Assembly (NCBI RefSeq): GCF_009914755.1
Contig: NC_060945.1
DNA: 64,000 nucleotides
Origin: the human T2T-CHM13v2.0 reference genome, Homo sapiens
Direction: 5' to 3' (one strand)
A model generated the notes under the pieces. The model was not told the origin of the DNA. It made no database searches and saw nothing but the letters and a program-made list of their open reading frames with translations. Below are positions 44,021-54,999 of the stretch, in pieces. Position numbers and translations under genes: made by a program. Each line of letters starts with the position of its first letter. Position 1 is the stretch's first letter.

Positions 44021-44192
44021 CCTACCTCTCCAGCCGCGATGCTATCTCTCCGTCACTGCCAACAACTGCAATGAGGCGAGCCGCGCTCCCGCGGCTCCAG
44101 CCTCCAGCATATAGCCACCGAATCCTGATTCCTAGTCCTCTACGTTGGGCAATGAGCAACTCGACATGAAGATACAGGAACCTGAAAAAAAG

Positions 44193-44483
44193 TGATCGCA
44201 CTTCAGCATCATTTATGTACTGCGGTAGTGCCCATGGAGGTTCCTGGACTGCATGTCTTGATTGGATGAGAAAAAAACCTCCAGGCTTACTCTGATTGGA
44301 CTTTATGATCATGTTCTGATTGGATGAGAGCAAGTCTTAACACAACCAATCACAGCATGAAAATAAAGTCCAATCAGAGTAGGCCTAGAGGTTTTTTTCT
44401 CATCCAATCAAGACATGCAGTCCAGGAACTGCATTTGCATAACCTCATATATAAAGGATGCTGAGGTGGCGTCAGGTCATTTC
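44193..44483. promoter_or_regulatory. Palindromic bidirectional promoter: 6 CCAAT boxes, octamer, TATA, Inr
   Basis: ATTGG at 44261, 44295, 44319 mirror CCAAT at 44404, 44370, 44346; ATTTGCAT 44433-44440; TATATAAA 44448-44455; Inr-like TCATTTC 44477-44483; minus-strand TACATAAA starting at 44219 and Inr-like TCACTTT with A at 44193. Confidence 0.8.
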
Positions 44484-44808
44484 AGACTCTTCTGTGTCGA
44501 GTGGAGGAGCAACTCTGTGCCCAGCTTAGAGGACTGGAAGAGGCCGCAATCTTCCGCCTGCTGGAGGGTGGAGGATGGATGGAGCCTGGAACCTGGGTCA
44601 CTACCTCGCTGCAGTTGGTGGTGGCGATAGAGCAGTAGGAGAGCATTCGGCAGCAGGAGCTTCTCCTGCTGGGCTGGAGGACTAGAAGGAAGAGGCACTG
44701 CCACATGCTGGAGGCTGGAACCTGTGCCACCATGGCTCGCCTCGCTGTGGTTGGTGGTGACATCGGAGACTGCAGCTCAGCCACAGTGGTAGAAATGTGA
44801 TGGTGTAG
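44479..44808 (+). ncRNA. Putative first exon (BAGE 5' leader-like) ending in a consensus donor AG/GTGAGT
   Basis: Predicted TSS about 30 nt after TATA; GAGCAACTCTGTGCCCAGCTTAGAGGAC resembles the recalled BAGE 5' UTR GAGCTGCTCTGTTCCCGGCTTAGAGGAC; donor GT at 44809. Confidence 0.55.
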
Positions 44809-44829
44809 GTGAGTTTTTCCGGGCCTGCC

Positions 44830-45400
44830 CTGTATGCCTCTGGGGTCAAGGGTTGGGTGTCCTATTGGGGTTCACTGCTAGAGGCTACCATGCCTGTGGC
44901 AGTGGTCTGGTTGGGGACACTCTCCGGGGTTGCATTGCTGGTGGTGGGGCAGGTTGCCTGGCTATCTGGGGCTATACTGCCTGTGGTGGCAGGGGTGGTG
45001 GGGGGAGGCAGATTGTGTACAATAGCTTGTATTGCTGGTGGCTGGGGAAGGATTAGGGGCGCTATTTTCTGCTGCACTGCCCGCAGCAGGGAGTGGGTTG
45101 GGTGGAGTTATCCAGGGCTACAATGCTGGCGGGGGGGTGGTTTAGGGGCGTTGTTGGGTGCTACACTGTGACTGGAGGGGTGCACCATTAGGAGCTGAAC
45201 TGCCTGTGGCTGGGTCAGATTGTGGGCACTATTGGGTGGTATGCTCCCTGAGGTGTGGGGGGAGTGTTTTTGTCAGGGGGTATTGGGGTTACATTGCCTG
45301 AAACTGTAGGGTGTGTTGGATGTGTTATCCAGGAGCTACACTGCTAGTGGCAGGGGGCAGATTAGGGGTGCCATGGGGACTACACTGCCAGTGGCATTGG
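44830..45400 (+). repeat. G-rich degenerate tandem array (about 45-50 bp units, GGGGCTACACTGCC..GTGG core)
   Basis: Recurring GCTACACTG/GCTATACTG/GTTACATTG anchors with G3-G7 runs. Confidence 0.8.
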
Positions 45401-45985
45401 CGAGCTGGTGAGGTGGCAGCAGCAGTGACAGCAGTGGCTTCCTTCTTCTCGTAGCTTCCAAGTAAGGTATCGTTTTCTTCTTCTCAGACTCCAGACTCTA
45501 GAAGGCGATTTTCTTCTGCTCGAGCTGGATTGCATGGTAGGGCCTCCACACCCACTGTGGTTTCCCAGCCTGCCCTCATGCTTTGTGTTGCGAAGATCAC
45601 GTGGGACTACCGGGCAGGGAGTAGTAGGCACCATGGGGGAAGTGGGAAACAGGGCACTGTTGGTGGAGGTGTCAGGAATGGGAACCAGCCCTTTGGTGGG
45701 GAGGGCTGGCTGGGTCTTAGTTTCTCCTACGCAGGCTCCCGGAGGAGGACAGCCTTGGTGGGCCCAGCAATTCCTGGCCAGGTGTACTTGGCCAAGGGCC
45801 TGTTTCAGTGAAGGCACTCACTCCCACCCCAGGCCCCAGTTCCTGGCCAGCTTTTGCCAGAAGGAGAGGTTGGACTTTGGAAGGTGGGTGTGAGTGCCTT
45901 CAATGAAACTGATCCCTGACACCCAGTCACCAGCCTAACGAGGTGAGGCTCTAATGGTTCCAATCCCTGAGTCCTGTTTTGGGCT

Positions 45986-46054
45986 TTTCTGGCTTTGCCT
46001 GCCCAGCTGCTCCAAGCCACTCTGAAGAAGGAGAAGGAGGAGTCGCCTGTGGTA
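45986..46054 (+). pseudogene. BAGE-like coding remnant without a start codon
   Basis: Translates [23 protein letters not shown] versus recalled BAGE1 [21 protein letters not shown]; in-frame TGA at 45968 and no ATG between it and the match. Confidence 0.75.
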
Positions 46055-46878
46055 TGGTTGAGCAGATGCCGTGGCTCTGCAGCTTGCCTCATGCAGTTGG
46101 TGGTGGAGATGGAGACCATAGCTAGAATGGAGCGGTAGGAGGGCACCCACGGGGGCTTGGTGGTAGGAGCCTGGTAGAGTGGGCTGGTACATTGAGGGTG
46201 ACTGGTTGTATTGGCATTGGTGCTAGTGGTGGTAGCAGTAGGAAGTCTGGGGGCCGGGAAGGGGGAGTAGGAGCACTGCAGGGCCCATCCCGTTCTGGGG
46301 TGGGGAGGAACCTGTGGGTGCTGTAACGAAGGTCTCGGTGGCAGTGGTGGTGGTACACCTAGGGCAAAGAGGAGTCCTCCCCCTTCTCCTGCAATCTCTG
46401 GAGTGTGCCCTCCTCCTGCCGGTGCCTGAGCTAGGCATGAGTGGCAGCATTATCTCATTCTTAACAAAATTTAGTGACTATTTGTGTATCCTTTTGCTTG
46501 TTTTTTGTTGTGATACTCTTGGAGTTACTCAAATTTTATGAATCGAGGAGGGGATAAAAAGTATTATATGATAGGCCTTCTAATTCCCACACCTGTTCTT
46601 TTTCCTTTCTTCCATTGTGTTTTCTTCTCATTTTCTTGTTCCTCTTCATTTTCTTTTGCTACTGCTTCTATTTCATGTTTCTATTCTTGTTTCTCCTCCT
46701 GTTTTTGTATTCTTATGCCAAGCAATGGCCTTAACCACCAAAACTGAGTTAAAAATAAAATACTTGTCACTGTTGTGTTTTTTAAATAACTGATCCCTTA
46801 CTATGTTTTAGAGATGAGGAAAAAAAATGAGTTGTATAATTAGTTACTTGAATAGTTATGCTTTCATAATTGTGTTAA

Positions 46879-47009
46879 CCCATTTATGCCTAGTGTTCCA
46901 TGCTAAGCATGTGGAAATTACTTATATCCTACTGTTAAATGTCATCGAAAAGGTCTGATTTTTCACTTATGCAAAAATTCAAAAAATTGCAACCTCTGGC
47001 ATAAATGGA
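46879..47009. mobile_element. MER85 piggyBac MITE
   Basis: TTAA-CCCATTTATGCC ... GGCATAAATGGA-CTAA termini; internal GCTAAGCATGTGG, TATATCCTACTG, GGTCTGATT, GCAAAAATTCAAAAAATTGCAACCTC. Confidence 0.9.
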
Positions 47010-47929
47010 CTAATGTGTTGTGTTATTCAAGGAATCAAAAAATGAAGCATCACATAAAATATTGGTAGCAAACAGTCATTTCATCTCTCTCACACTTTTT
47101 TCTGGAGCTATGCAAGAGTCACAGGGGTAATAAGTTCTAATTTATGAGATGATTAAGTGAACCATATTCCCTTAATTTTTTTTCTGCCACCATTTTCAAG
47201 AGTATTATCATCTGCATGAACAAAGGGTTCATCAACACATCTTTGCAAGAGGAAAAAGAAGAGGGGAGAATCATGTGTATAATGTTGTAAGGCAAACATT
47301 CACAACCAAAAACAAGGTTTTATTAACTTTCACCTTTAAGAACCTGCAGTGTTTAGCCCTCTTTGATTCCTAGTATTATTACCTTTGGTATGAACTCTTT
47401 TATTAAACTGATCACTCTAGAAGTTTATGCATTTTTTATCATTTTTCAAGCCAACAGAAATGTGTAATGCCTATAATTCTGACACTTCAGTTATTTTTAA
47501 GGCTATGAGCATGTAAGATACTGTTGGTATATGGAAGAATATGTATAAATACCACTAGGTAGCTTATTTTGAAGAGTTAGTATTTAAGTTTTTGTCCAGA
47601 GTAGATTGGTTGCAGTTTCTTAGGTGTGTTTCTTAATATGTTGCCTCAAAGTTTTAAAGCATGTAGAAATTTGAATACAGTTTAACTTCATATAGTCCTT
47701 TGTTGATAGATTTAATATTTCTAAAAACTAAAGACATCACAGCTCCCTTTAAGATTCAGTAATATTAATAAAATTTTAGAAATATAGGGTTAGAATCCAA
47801 CAAATTCAGAGGAAAATTGTTAAATTATATAGCTGTAGAGCAAGAATGAAACCCAGGTTCTAAGCTCTAAGGGGGCCATGAGGTACCGTACAAGTACTTC
47901 AGTGACTGGGCATAGATTCAGCAAAATTA

Positions 47930-48030
47930 CAGGATGGTTAAGAGAGTGAGCTGTGGAGCCCAACTCTATGTAACATGAATTTTTAAACTGCATGGTGCCT
48001 CAGTTTATCCATCTTTACAGTGGGGACTGC
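47930..48030 (+). mobile_element. MIR fragment
   Basis: ATGGTTAAGAG..TGAGCTGTGGAGCC and GTGCCTCAGTTT..CATCT. Confidence 0.55.
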
Positions 48031-48031
48031 A

Positions 48032-48735
48032 GTAAGTTTTTCTTTTTCTGCTCAGTTGTCTGTCATGTTGCGACTGTTCCCTAGTCTGTCTTGTTGCCAC
48101 TCAGTGCCCACATGACAAGACCTAAGGTAATTTCTGACAGCCTGGGACTCCTTAAAGAAAAACAGAAGGTGCTACAAAACCCATTTTAGGAGAAACCTCT
48201 GTTGTCCTCATGGAACCCCAAGAACTTCAGGCAGACGGGTCTCTCTCAAAATCTAAAGCTCTCCTCTGTTTTGCTTTGTGTTATCTGACCTTTTAGGTTT
48301 GGGTGGGCATCAGAAATCAGTCAGGGAGAGAGATCTAAAGAAAGTTGTGGATATGAAGATGTATTTATGGTAAGAAAAGTTGTGAAGGAAAGAAATGTTA
48401 TATGAGAGGATCTTGTATGGCAAATTTTTGTCCTAAAGTAGAATGACTAATTATGAAAGAGGGAAGTACAGGAAAAGTCAGAAAGTTCATGTCATAGATA
48501 GTCTGTGGAAGTTGTGTTAGGGTTCATAAAATGAGAAAGAAAAACTTAACAACTGCTAGATCTTTTCCTGTCTAGAAGTGTTGTGTATATGATGGATATA
48601 TAAAGGAGCCCTAACTACTTGGCTTAGAAGAAAAGGAAGTCTCTTAAATATTTTGTCAGAAAAATAGAATCTCTAATGCCTTTTATTTAACATGACTTCA
48701 GTGATCTTTGGGAAATAAAGACAGTGTTAAAATCA
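48032..48735 (+). mobile_element. ERV1 internal fragment (MER4-group-int-like), truncated
   Basis: CAGCCTGGGACTCCTT..AAAACAGAAGGTGC, AACCTCTGTT.TCCTCATGGAACCCCAAGAA, GGATCTTGTATGG.AAATT.TTGTCCTAAAGTA, ATCTTTGGGAAATAAAGACAG. Confidence 0.6.
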
Positions 48736-48861
48736 TTTTTTAGTAGAGACAGCGTTTCTCCGTATTGGTCAGGCTAATCTCGAACTCCTGTCCTCAGGTG
48801 ATCCTCCCGCCTTGGCCTCCCAGAGTGCTGGGATTACAAGCATGAGCCACTGCACCTGGCC
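48736..48861 (-). mobile_element. Alu left arm only (right arm and tail missing)
   Basis: Begins at the middle linker TTTTTAGTAGAGAC and ends CACCTGGCC. Confidence 0.9.
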
Positions 48862-48998
48862 TACAAATAGGTTAAATTATTTTATAAATTAGCTGTTGTT
48901 TGTTTTGCCTACTTTCAGACTTCTGGATTTTTTTTAAGTATGAAGGATTTCAATTGTTATATTAATATAAATGCTTAGATAAATAGCACAAACATGAA

Positions 48999-49283
48999 TT
49001 TTTTTTTGACAGAGTCTCACTCTGTTGCCCAGGCTGGAGTGCAGTGGCAGAATCTCAGCTCACTGCAACCTCCACTTCCCAGGTTCAAGCAATTCTCGTG
49101 CTCAGCCTCCCAAGTAGCTGGGATTACAGGCATATGCCACCATGCCTGGATAATTTTTGTATTTTTAGAGACGGAGTTTCGTCATGTTGTCCAGGCTGAT
49201 CTCGAGCTCCTGGCCTCAAGTGATCTGCCCGCCTTGGTCTCCCAAAGTGTTGGGATTACAGGTGTGAGCCATCACACTTGGCC
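48999..49283 (-). mobile_element. AluS
   Basis: Full antisense dimer. Confidence 0.93.
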
Positions 49284-49390
49284 AACTGTATTCTTTATGA
49301 ATTTTTTTACATCAAAAAGCTCATTTGTAATATTTTCTGTATGTATACATGCTATAAAATTTATTTTGTTTTATTTTAACTTTTTAAAAA

Positions 49391-49507
49391 TAGAGATGGG
49401 GTCTGATTGTTTTGCCCAGCCTGGTCTTGAATTCTGGGCTCAAGTAATCCTCCCACCATGACCTCCCAAAGTGCTGGGATTACAGGCATGAGCCACCATG
49501 CCCAGCC
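49391..49507 (-). mobile_element. FLAM/AluJ left monomer
   Basis: TAGAGATGGGGTCT...CTGGGCTCAAGTAATCCTCCC...CCCAGCC. Confidence 0.85.
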
Positions 49508-49649
49508 TGTAAAATTTATTGTAAAGGAAAAGGCATATTTTCATTAAGCTGATAATCTTTACATAAATACTGAAGCATGGCATATTTCTTTATTCTACTT
49601 GGGCTATTTTGTGTTGCATTAAGAAGAATTTTTTATTTGTTTTTTCTTC

Positions 49650-49950
49650 TTACTATGCTTGTTTCTGGAATACTCCTTTCCTCCCTTATCTTCCAAACTC
49701 TACTACATCTAAATTTATCCTATTTTTCAAGGGTTTGATCACATATTACGTCATCCAGGAAGTGTCTCTCCTATTCCCTCTTCTCCAAAATGTATATTTT
49801 CTTTTTCTGGAAACTCTTGATCCTTTGCCTCTAGACCATAAGCCCTTTGTAGGCATGTCTGTATCTGAGTTTTTAAATTTTTTTTTCCTCTTTTCTCACT
49901 CCCAGAATAACACCCTGTGCCAAGGAGTAGTAGATACTTGTTGAATGCAT
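49650..49950 (+). mobile_element. L2 3' end fragment
   Basis: TCTGGAATACTCC, CATCCAGGAAG..TCTCT, CTAGACCATAAGCCCTTTG, ATACTTGTTGAATG. Confidence 0.55.
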
Positions 49951-50109
49951 AAAAGAGCTTAGCAGCTAGAGTTAGTGTGGATGCTGTAGAAGATGTCTGA
50001 TACACATATGGCAGTTTGATGCTGAATAGTTTTTGGAAATTAAAAAACAGGTAGAAATTTCACCAACGTCAGTGACTAACATAGCTGTAATTAGTAAATT
50101 ATCAAAATG

Positions 50110-50396
50110 TTTCTTTTTTTTTCTTTTTTACAGAGAGGGTCTCTCTCTGTTGCCCGGGCTGGAGTGTGGCGGTGTGATCATGGTTCAGTGCAGCCTCCGA
50201 GTCCTGGGCTCACACGGTCCTCCTGAGTAGCTGGGACTACAGGTGTGTGCCACCACACCTGGTCAATTTCTTTTATTTTGTAGAAACAGAGTCTCATTAT
50301 GTTACCCAGGCTGACCTCAGATTGCTGGGCTCAAGAGATCCTCCCACCTTGGCCTCCTGAAGTGCTGGGATTATAGGTGCGGGCCACTGAGCCCAG
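50110..50396 (-). mobile_element. AluJ
   Basis: GATCATGGTTCAGTGCAGCCTC, CTGGGCTCAAGAGATCCTCCC (J-type). Confidence 0.9.
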
Positions 50397-50608
50397 TTAA
50401 AAGCATTTCTTTAAAAAAGAAAAAAAAGTTCTGTTTATTGGGATTTGGGGGAGGAAGAGAAAGTAAATATGGGATTGGTTCATCCTAGACAGCACTCATA
50501 GTTCTAGATAATATTAGAAAGCAATAATGTTTTAATTTATATATGCAGGGAATTTCGGAGTAATTTCAATCCTAGGAAAAAACTGGGAGTTAGAAATATG
50601 GGACGATT

Positions 50609-50981
<373 letters not shown>

Positions 50982-51182
50982 TCAACTAGTTTTATATTAA
51001 AAAAATTAAATTCTTAAGTAGATTCGTCAGGAGTAAAGGAAAAGTCAAGATTCCCAACTTATTTGGATTTCTTTCCCCCATTACAGTGTACTCGAGGAAC
51101 AAAATTTGGGCTGTTTGGCTGTCTTTTTTATTTGTTATACATAAATAAACTGATAATCAAAACCAAATATATTGAGGTTACA

Positions 51183-51497
<315 letters not shown>

Positions 51498-52255
51498 AAA
51501 GGTTACATTTTTCTAGCAAAATTTGATTCAGATTTATGATGAGAGTCACCTTTATGCTTATAGATTGCCCCTTTACCCCATACTTGGTTGAACTGACAGA
51601 CATTCTTCTTGCCATTATCACTGTCATACACTGTTCACATTCAGAGTAATTTGTTTTAGGCAATTCATTTCCCTTGGCAATAACATGGAGATTAATGTAA
51701 TTTTGAAAATGTTTAAGTAGTCATCATCAGGACTTTGAGTTTCTGTTCAAAGATGTTTAACTTTGCATTACTTTTAATATTTTTAAATTCATTTTTAACT
51801 ACAATAACTTTTATGTATTTGGAGGTATTTGGAATGAAATCAAAACGTGCTATCTAGGAGTTATAACCTAAAATATGCAGAACATTAATATACCTGATGT
51901 AGGAGTATATACATTCTGTTGAGGGGGGAGAAAGAAGTTACTTTATATTCACACAAAATCATTTTAATGCATGAAGGAGGATATGCTATTTTAAAATTTG
52001 ATCTTTCACTAATTGTAAGTAATACATTATTTTTTATATATACTGAAATTCCTGGATGTAATCTACTGAGTTTGCTGCATATTCTTCCAGTTTTTTTTTC
52101 TGTGTTTGTATAATTTTCTAAATTATGGGATCATAATATACTATTCTTTTATATACTACTGTTGCAAGTTTGTCTATTTATTTCAGAGTTACCTCTATCA
52201 ATCATTAACAGCAACTTAAATACCCCATTTCTAGTACATGAAAATACCATAATTT

Positions 52256-52545
52256 GCCAGTCACGATGACTCACACCTGTTGTCCCAGTACTTTGGGAGG
52301 CCGAGCTGGCTGGATCACCGGAGGTCAGGAGTTCAAGACCAGCCTGGCCAACATGGTGAAACCCCATCTCTACTAAAAATACAAAAAATAGCCAGGCATG
52401 GTGGCATGTGCCTGTAATCCCAGCTACTTGGGAGGCTGAGGCAGGAGAATCACTTGAAACTGGGAGGTGGAGGTTGCAGTGAGCCATGCCACTGGACTCC
52501 AGCCTGGGCGACAGAGTGAGACTCTGTTTCAAACAAACAAAAAAA
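52256..52545 (+). mobile_element. AluS
   Basis: Full dimer; TSD GAAAATACCATAATTT at 52240 and 52546. Confidence 0.95.
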
Positions 52546-52936
52546 GAAAATACCATAATTTGCTTAATCAACTTATGGTCACTGGATTTTTTTGTTGTTG
52601 CCAGAAAAAGAAAGCTGTAAACAATTGTGTGTGTGTATGACTATTTATGCACATGTACATATGTATATGTATTTTGTGTACTTTATACAAACAGCTTTGT
52701 AGGATAGATTCCTAGAAGTGGAGTTGCTGAAATCAAAAGATGTGAATAATGTAGATATGGATAGATATTTATACATTTTCCTTCCAAAAGGTTGTTGTAC
52801 CAATTTGTAAAGCTACCAATAGTATTCACATATGCCCCATACCCTGGCTAATACTAGATATTACAGTTTAAAATATTTTGACAATTTAGGAACTGAAAAA
52901 ATGTGATGGCCTTTTGTCAATCACTATTGAGGCTGA

Positions 52937-53798
<862 letters not shown>

Positions 53799-53879
53799 TT
53801 ATTCACTTTTTTCGTACGTGTGCACATATCCCCCTAGCTATTCTTTTGTAATGTTATGCAATCAGATAAATCCAAACCC

Positions 53880-54030
53880 AGCACTGTGCTGCTGTGGGAC
53901 CTTGGGCACATTATTTAACCTCTGTACACCTTAATTTCCTTATTTGTACAATGGAGATAATGTAAATAGCATTAGGCATAATGGCTGGCACAAAGTAAGT
54001 AAATAATAAATGTTAGTTGTGACTGTTATT
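53880..54030 (+). mobile_element. MIR
   Basis: GACCTTGGGCACATTATTTAACCTCTGT..CCTTAATTTCCTTATTTGTACAATGGAGATAAT. Confidence 0.8.
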
Positions 54031-54329
54031 AATTTATTTATGTGACTTTTGTGTTTTGTGCTCTACTTAAGACTTTCCTTGCTCCAAAATGTAAAATATT
54101 CACCTAGCTACTAAACTAGAAAAACAAAGTGAGGAACATTATATGCCTCTATGTGTCTTTGCTTTAAAGATGAAAAACAATGTATACATTTTTGCTTGTA
54201 TATCACAGGATATATGATACTTGGAAACATTGGTTGTCATAGTAGGAAGAATGAGTGAGAGGAAGACTTTTTAACTGCATGTGTTTTTGTATTTTTAAAA
54301 CAAAGAAGTCCCCAGATTGTATTTAATAC

Positions 54330-54990
54330 TTCAATGGTTTCTTTATTTTCCTTTTCCTTCTCTTTTTAAAACTTCTAATTCTTTGATCCGTCTGGAATTT
54401 ATTTCTGGTATAAGAAGTGAGACATATTTTGGGGGATAAAATTGTGTGTGAATTCTACCCCATCTAGCTAGTTGTGTCAGCACCATTTAGTGAATAATCT
54501 GTTTTTTGCCCCCCTATTAGAATTGCAGCTTTTGTCATTTACTAAATGTGTTTGGGACTATTTCTGATTGGTCTTGTTATTTTGGTCTCTTGTGTATTAC
54601 CATACACTTTAAATTACTATCATTTTATAATTTTAATACAGATGGGGTTAATTACCTGTTCATTTCTCTTTTTTTTTCAGACTTTGACAATTCTGGTCTA
54701 TGTGTTCTTCTAGATGAACTTTAGAATCATTCTGTGACATTCAAAAAGAAATCATAGAGATTTTTATTGAATACTGAATATTGATTGGGAATACTGAAAT
54801 TGGAGGTGAAGTTTGGGGAAATTGACATCTTTATGTACTTTCTGTCCTGTGTTCTAACAGATTTTTATGTGTCTCAGTAGATTTTCAAACTTTGCTTCAA
54901 ATAAGTCCTGTACAAATAAGTCTTGTATATTTCTTGTTTATTTATTTTAAAAAACATCAGACCCATGAATGGGAGTTTGTTTATTTTATC
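54330..54990 (-). mobile_element. Old L1 fragment
   Basis: TTTGATCCGTCTGGAATTTATTT, CAGCACCATTTAGTGAATAATC, TTTGGGGAAATTGACATCTTTA. Confidence 0.65.
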
Positions 54991-54999
54991 CAACAAATA

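Larger units (their letters stand above)
44025..46450. repeat. REP522-like palindromic repeat / BAGE exon-1-related module
   Basis: Central inverted repeat, BAGE-leader-like units in both orientations and G-rich tandem units; family name is from recall of REP522 as a largely palindromic pericentromeric repeat, not from a search. Confidence 0.65.

Noticed and set aside
42699-44169. Long overlapping ORFs (369, 279, 179, 172 aa) rich in P/F/L/S
   Set aside because: They lie in the pyrimidine tandem array, where stop codons are rare in all three plus frames; no domain, low complexity, and most have non-ATG starts
44240-44429. miRNA or other structured RNA hairpin
   Set aside because: The stem lies between the two predicted divergent starts and so would not be in either transcript; the motif content fits a promoter better
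44240-44460. LTR12/ERV9 LTR or a true histone gene pair
   Set aside because: The CCAAT repeats are inverted rather than tandem, there are no LTR termini or TSD, and no histone ORF follows on either side
42795-45400. CRISPR-like repeat-spacer array
   Set aside because: Eukaryotic DNA; units are degenerate and of variable length, without conserved repeats separated by unique spacers
44809-46541. Many 70-145 aa ORFs on both strands
   Set aside because: By-product of GC-rich repeat composition; no recognisable protein apart from the short BAGE-like match reported separately
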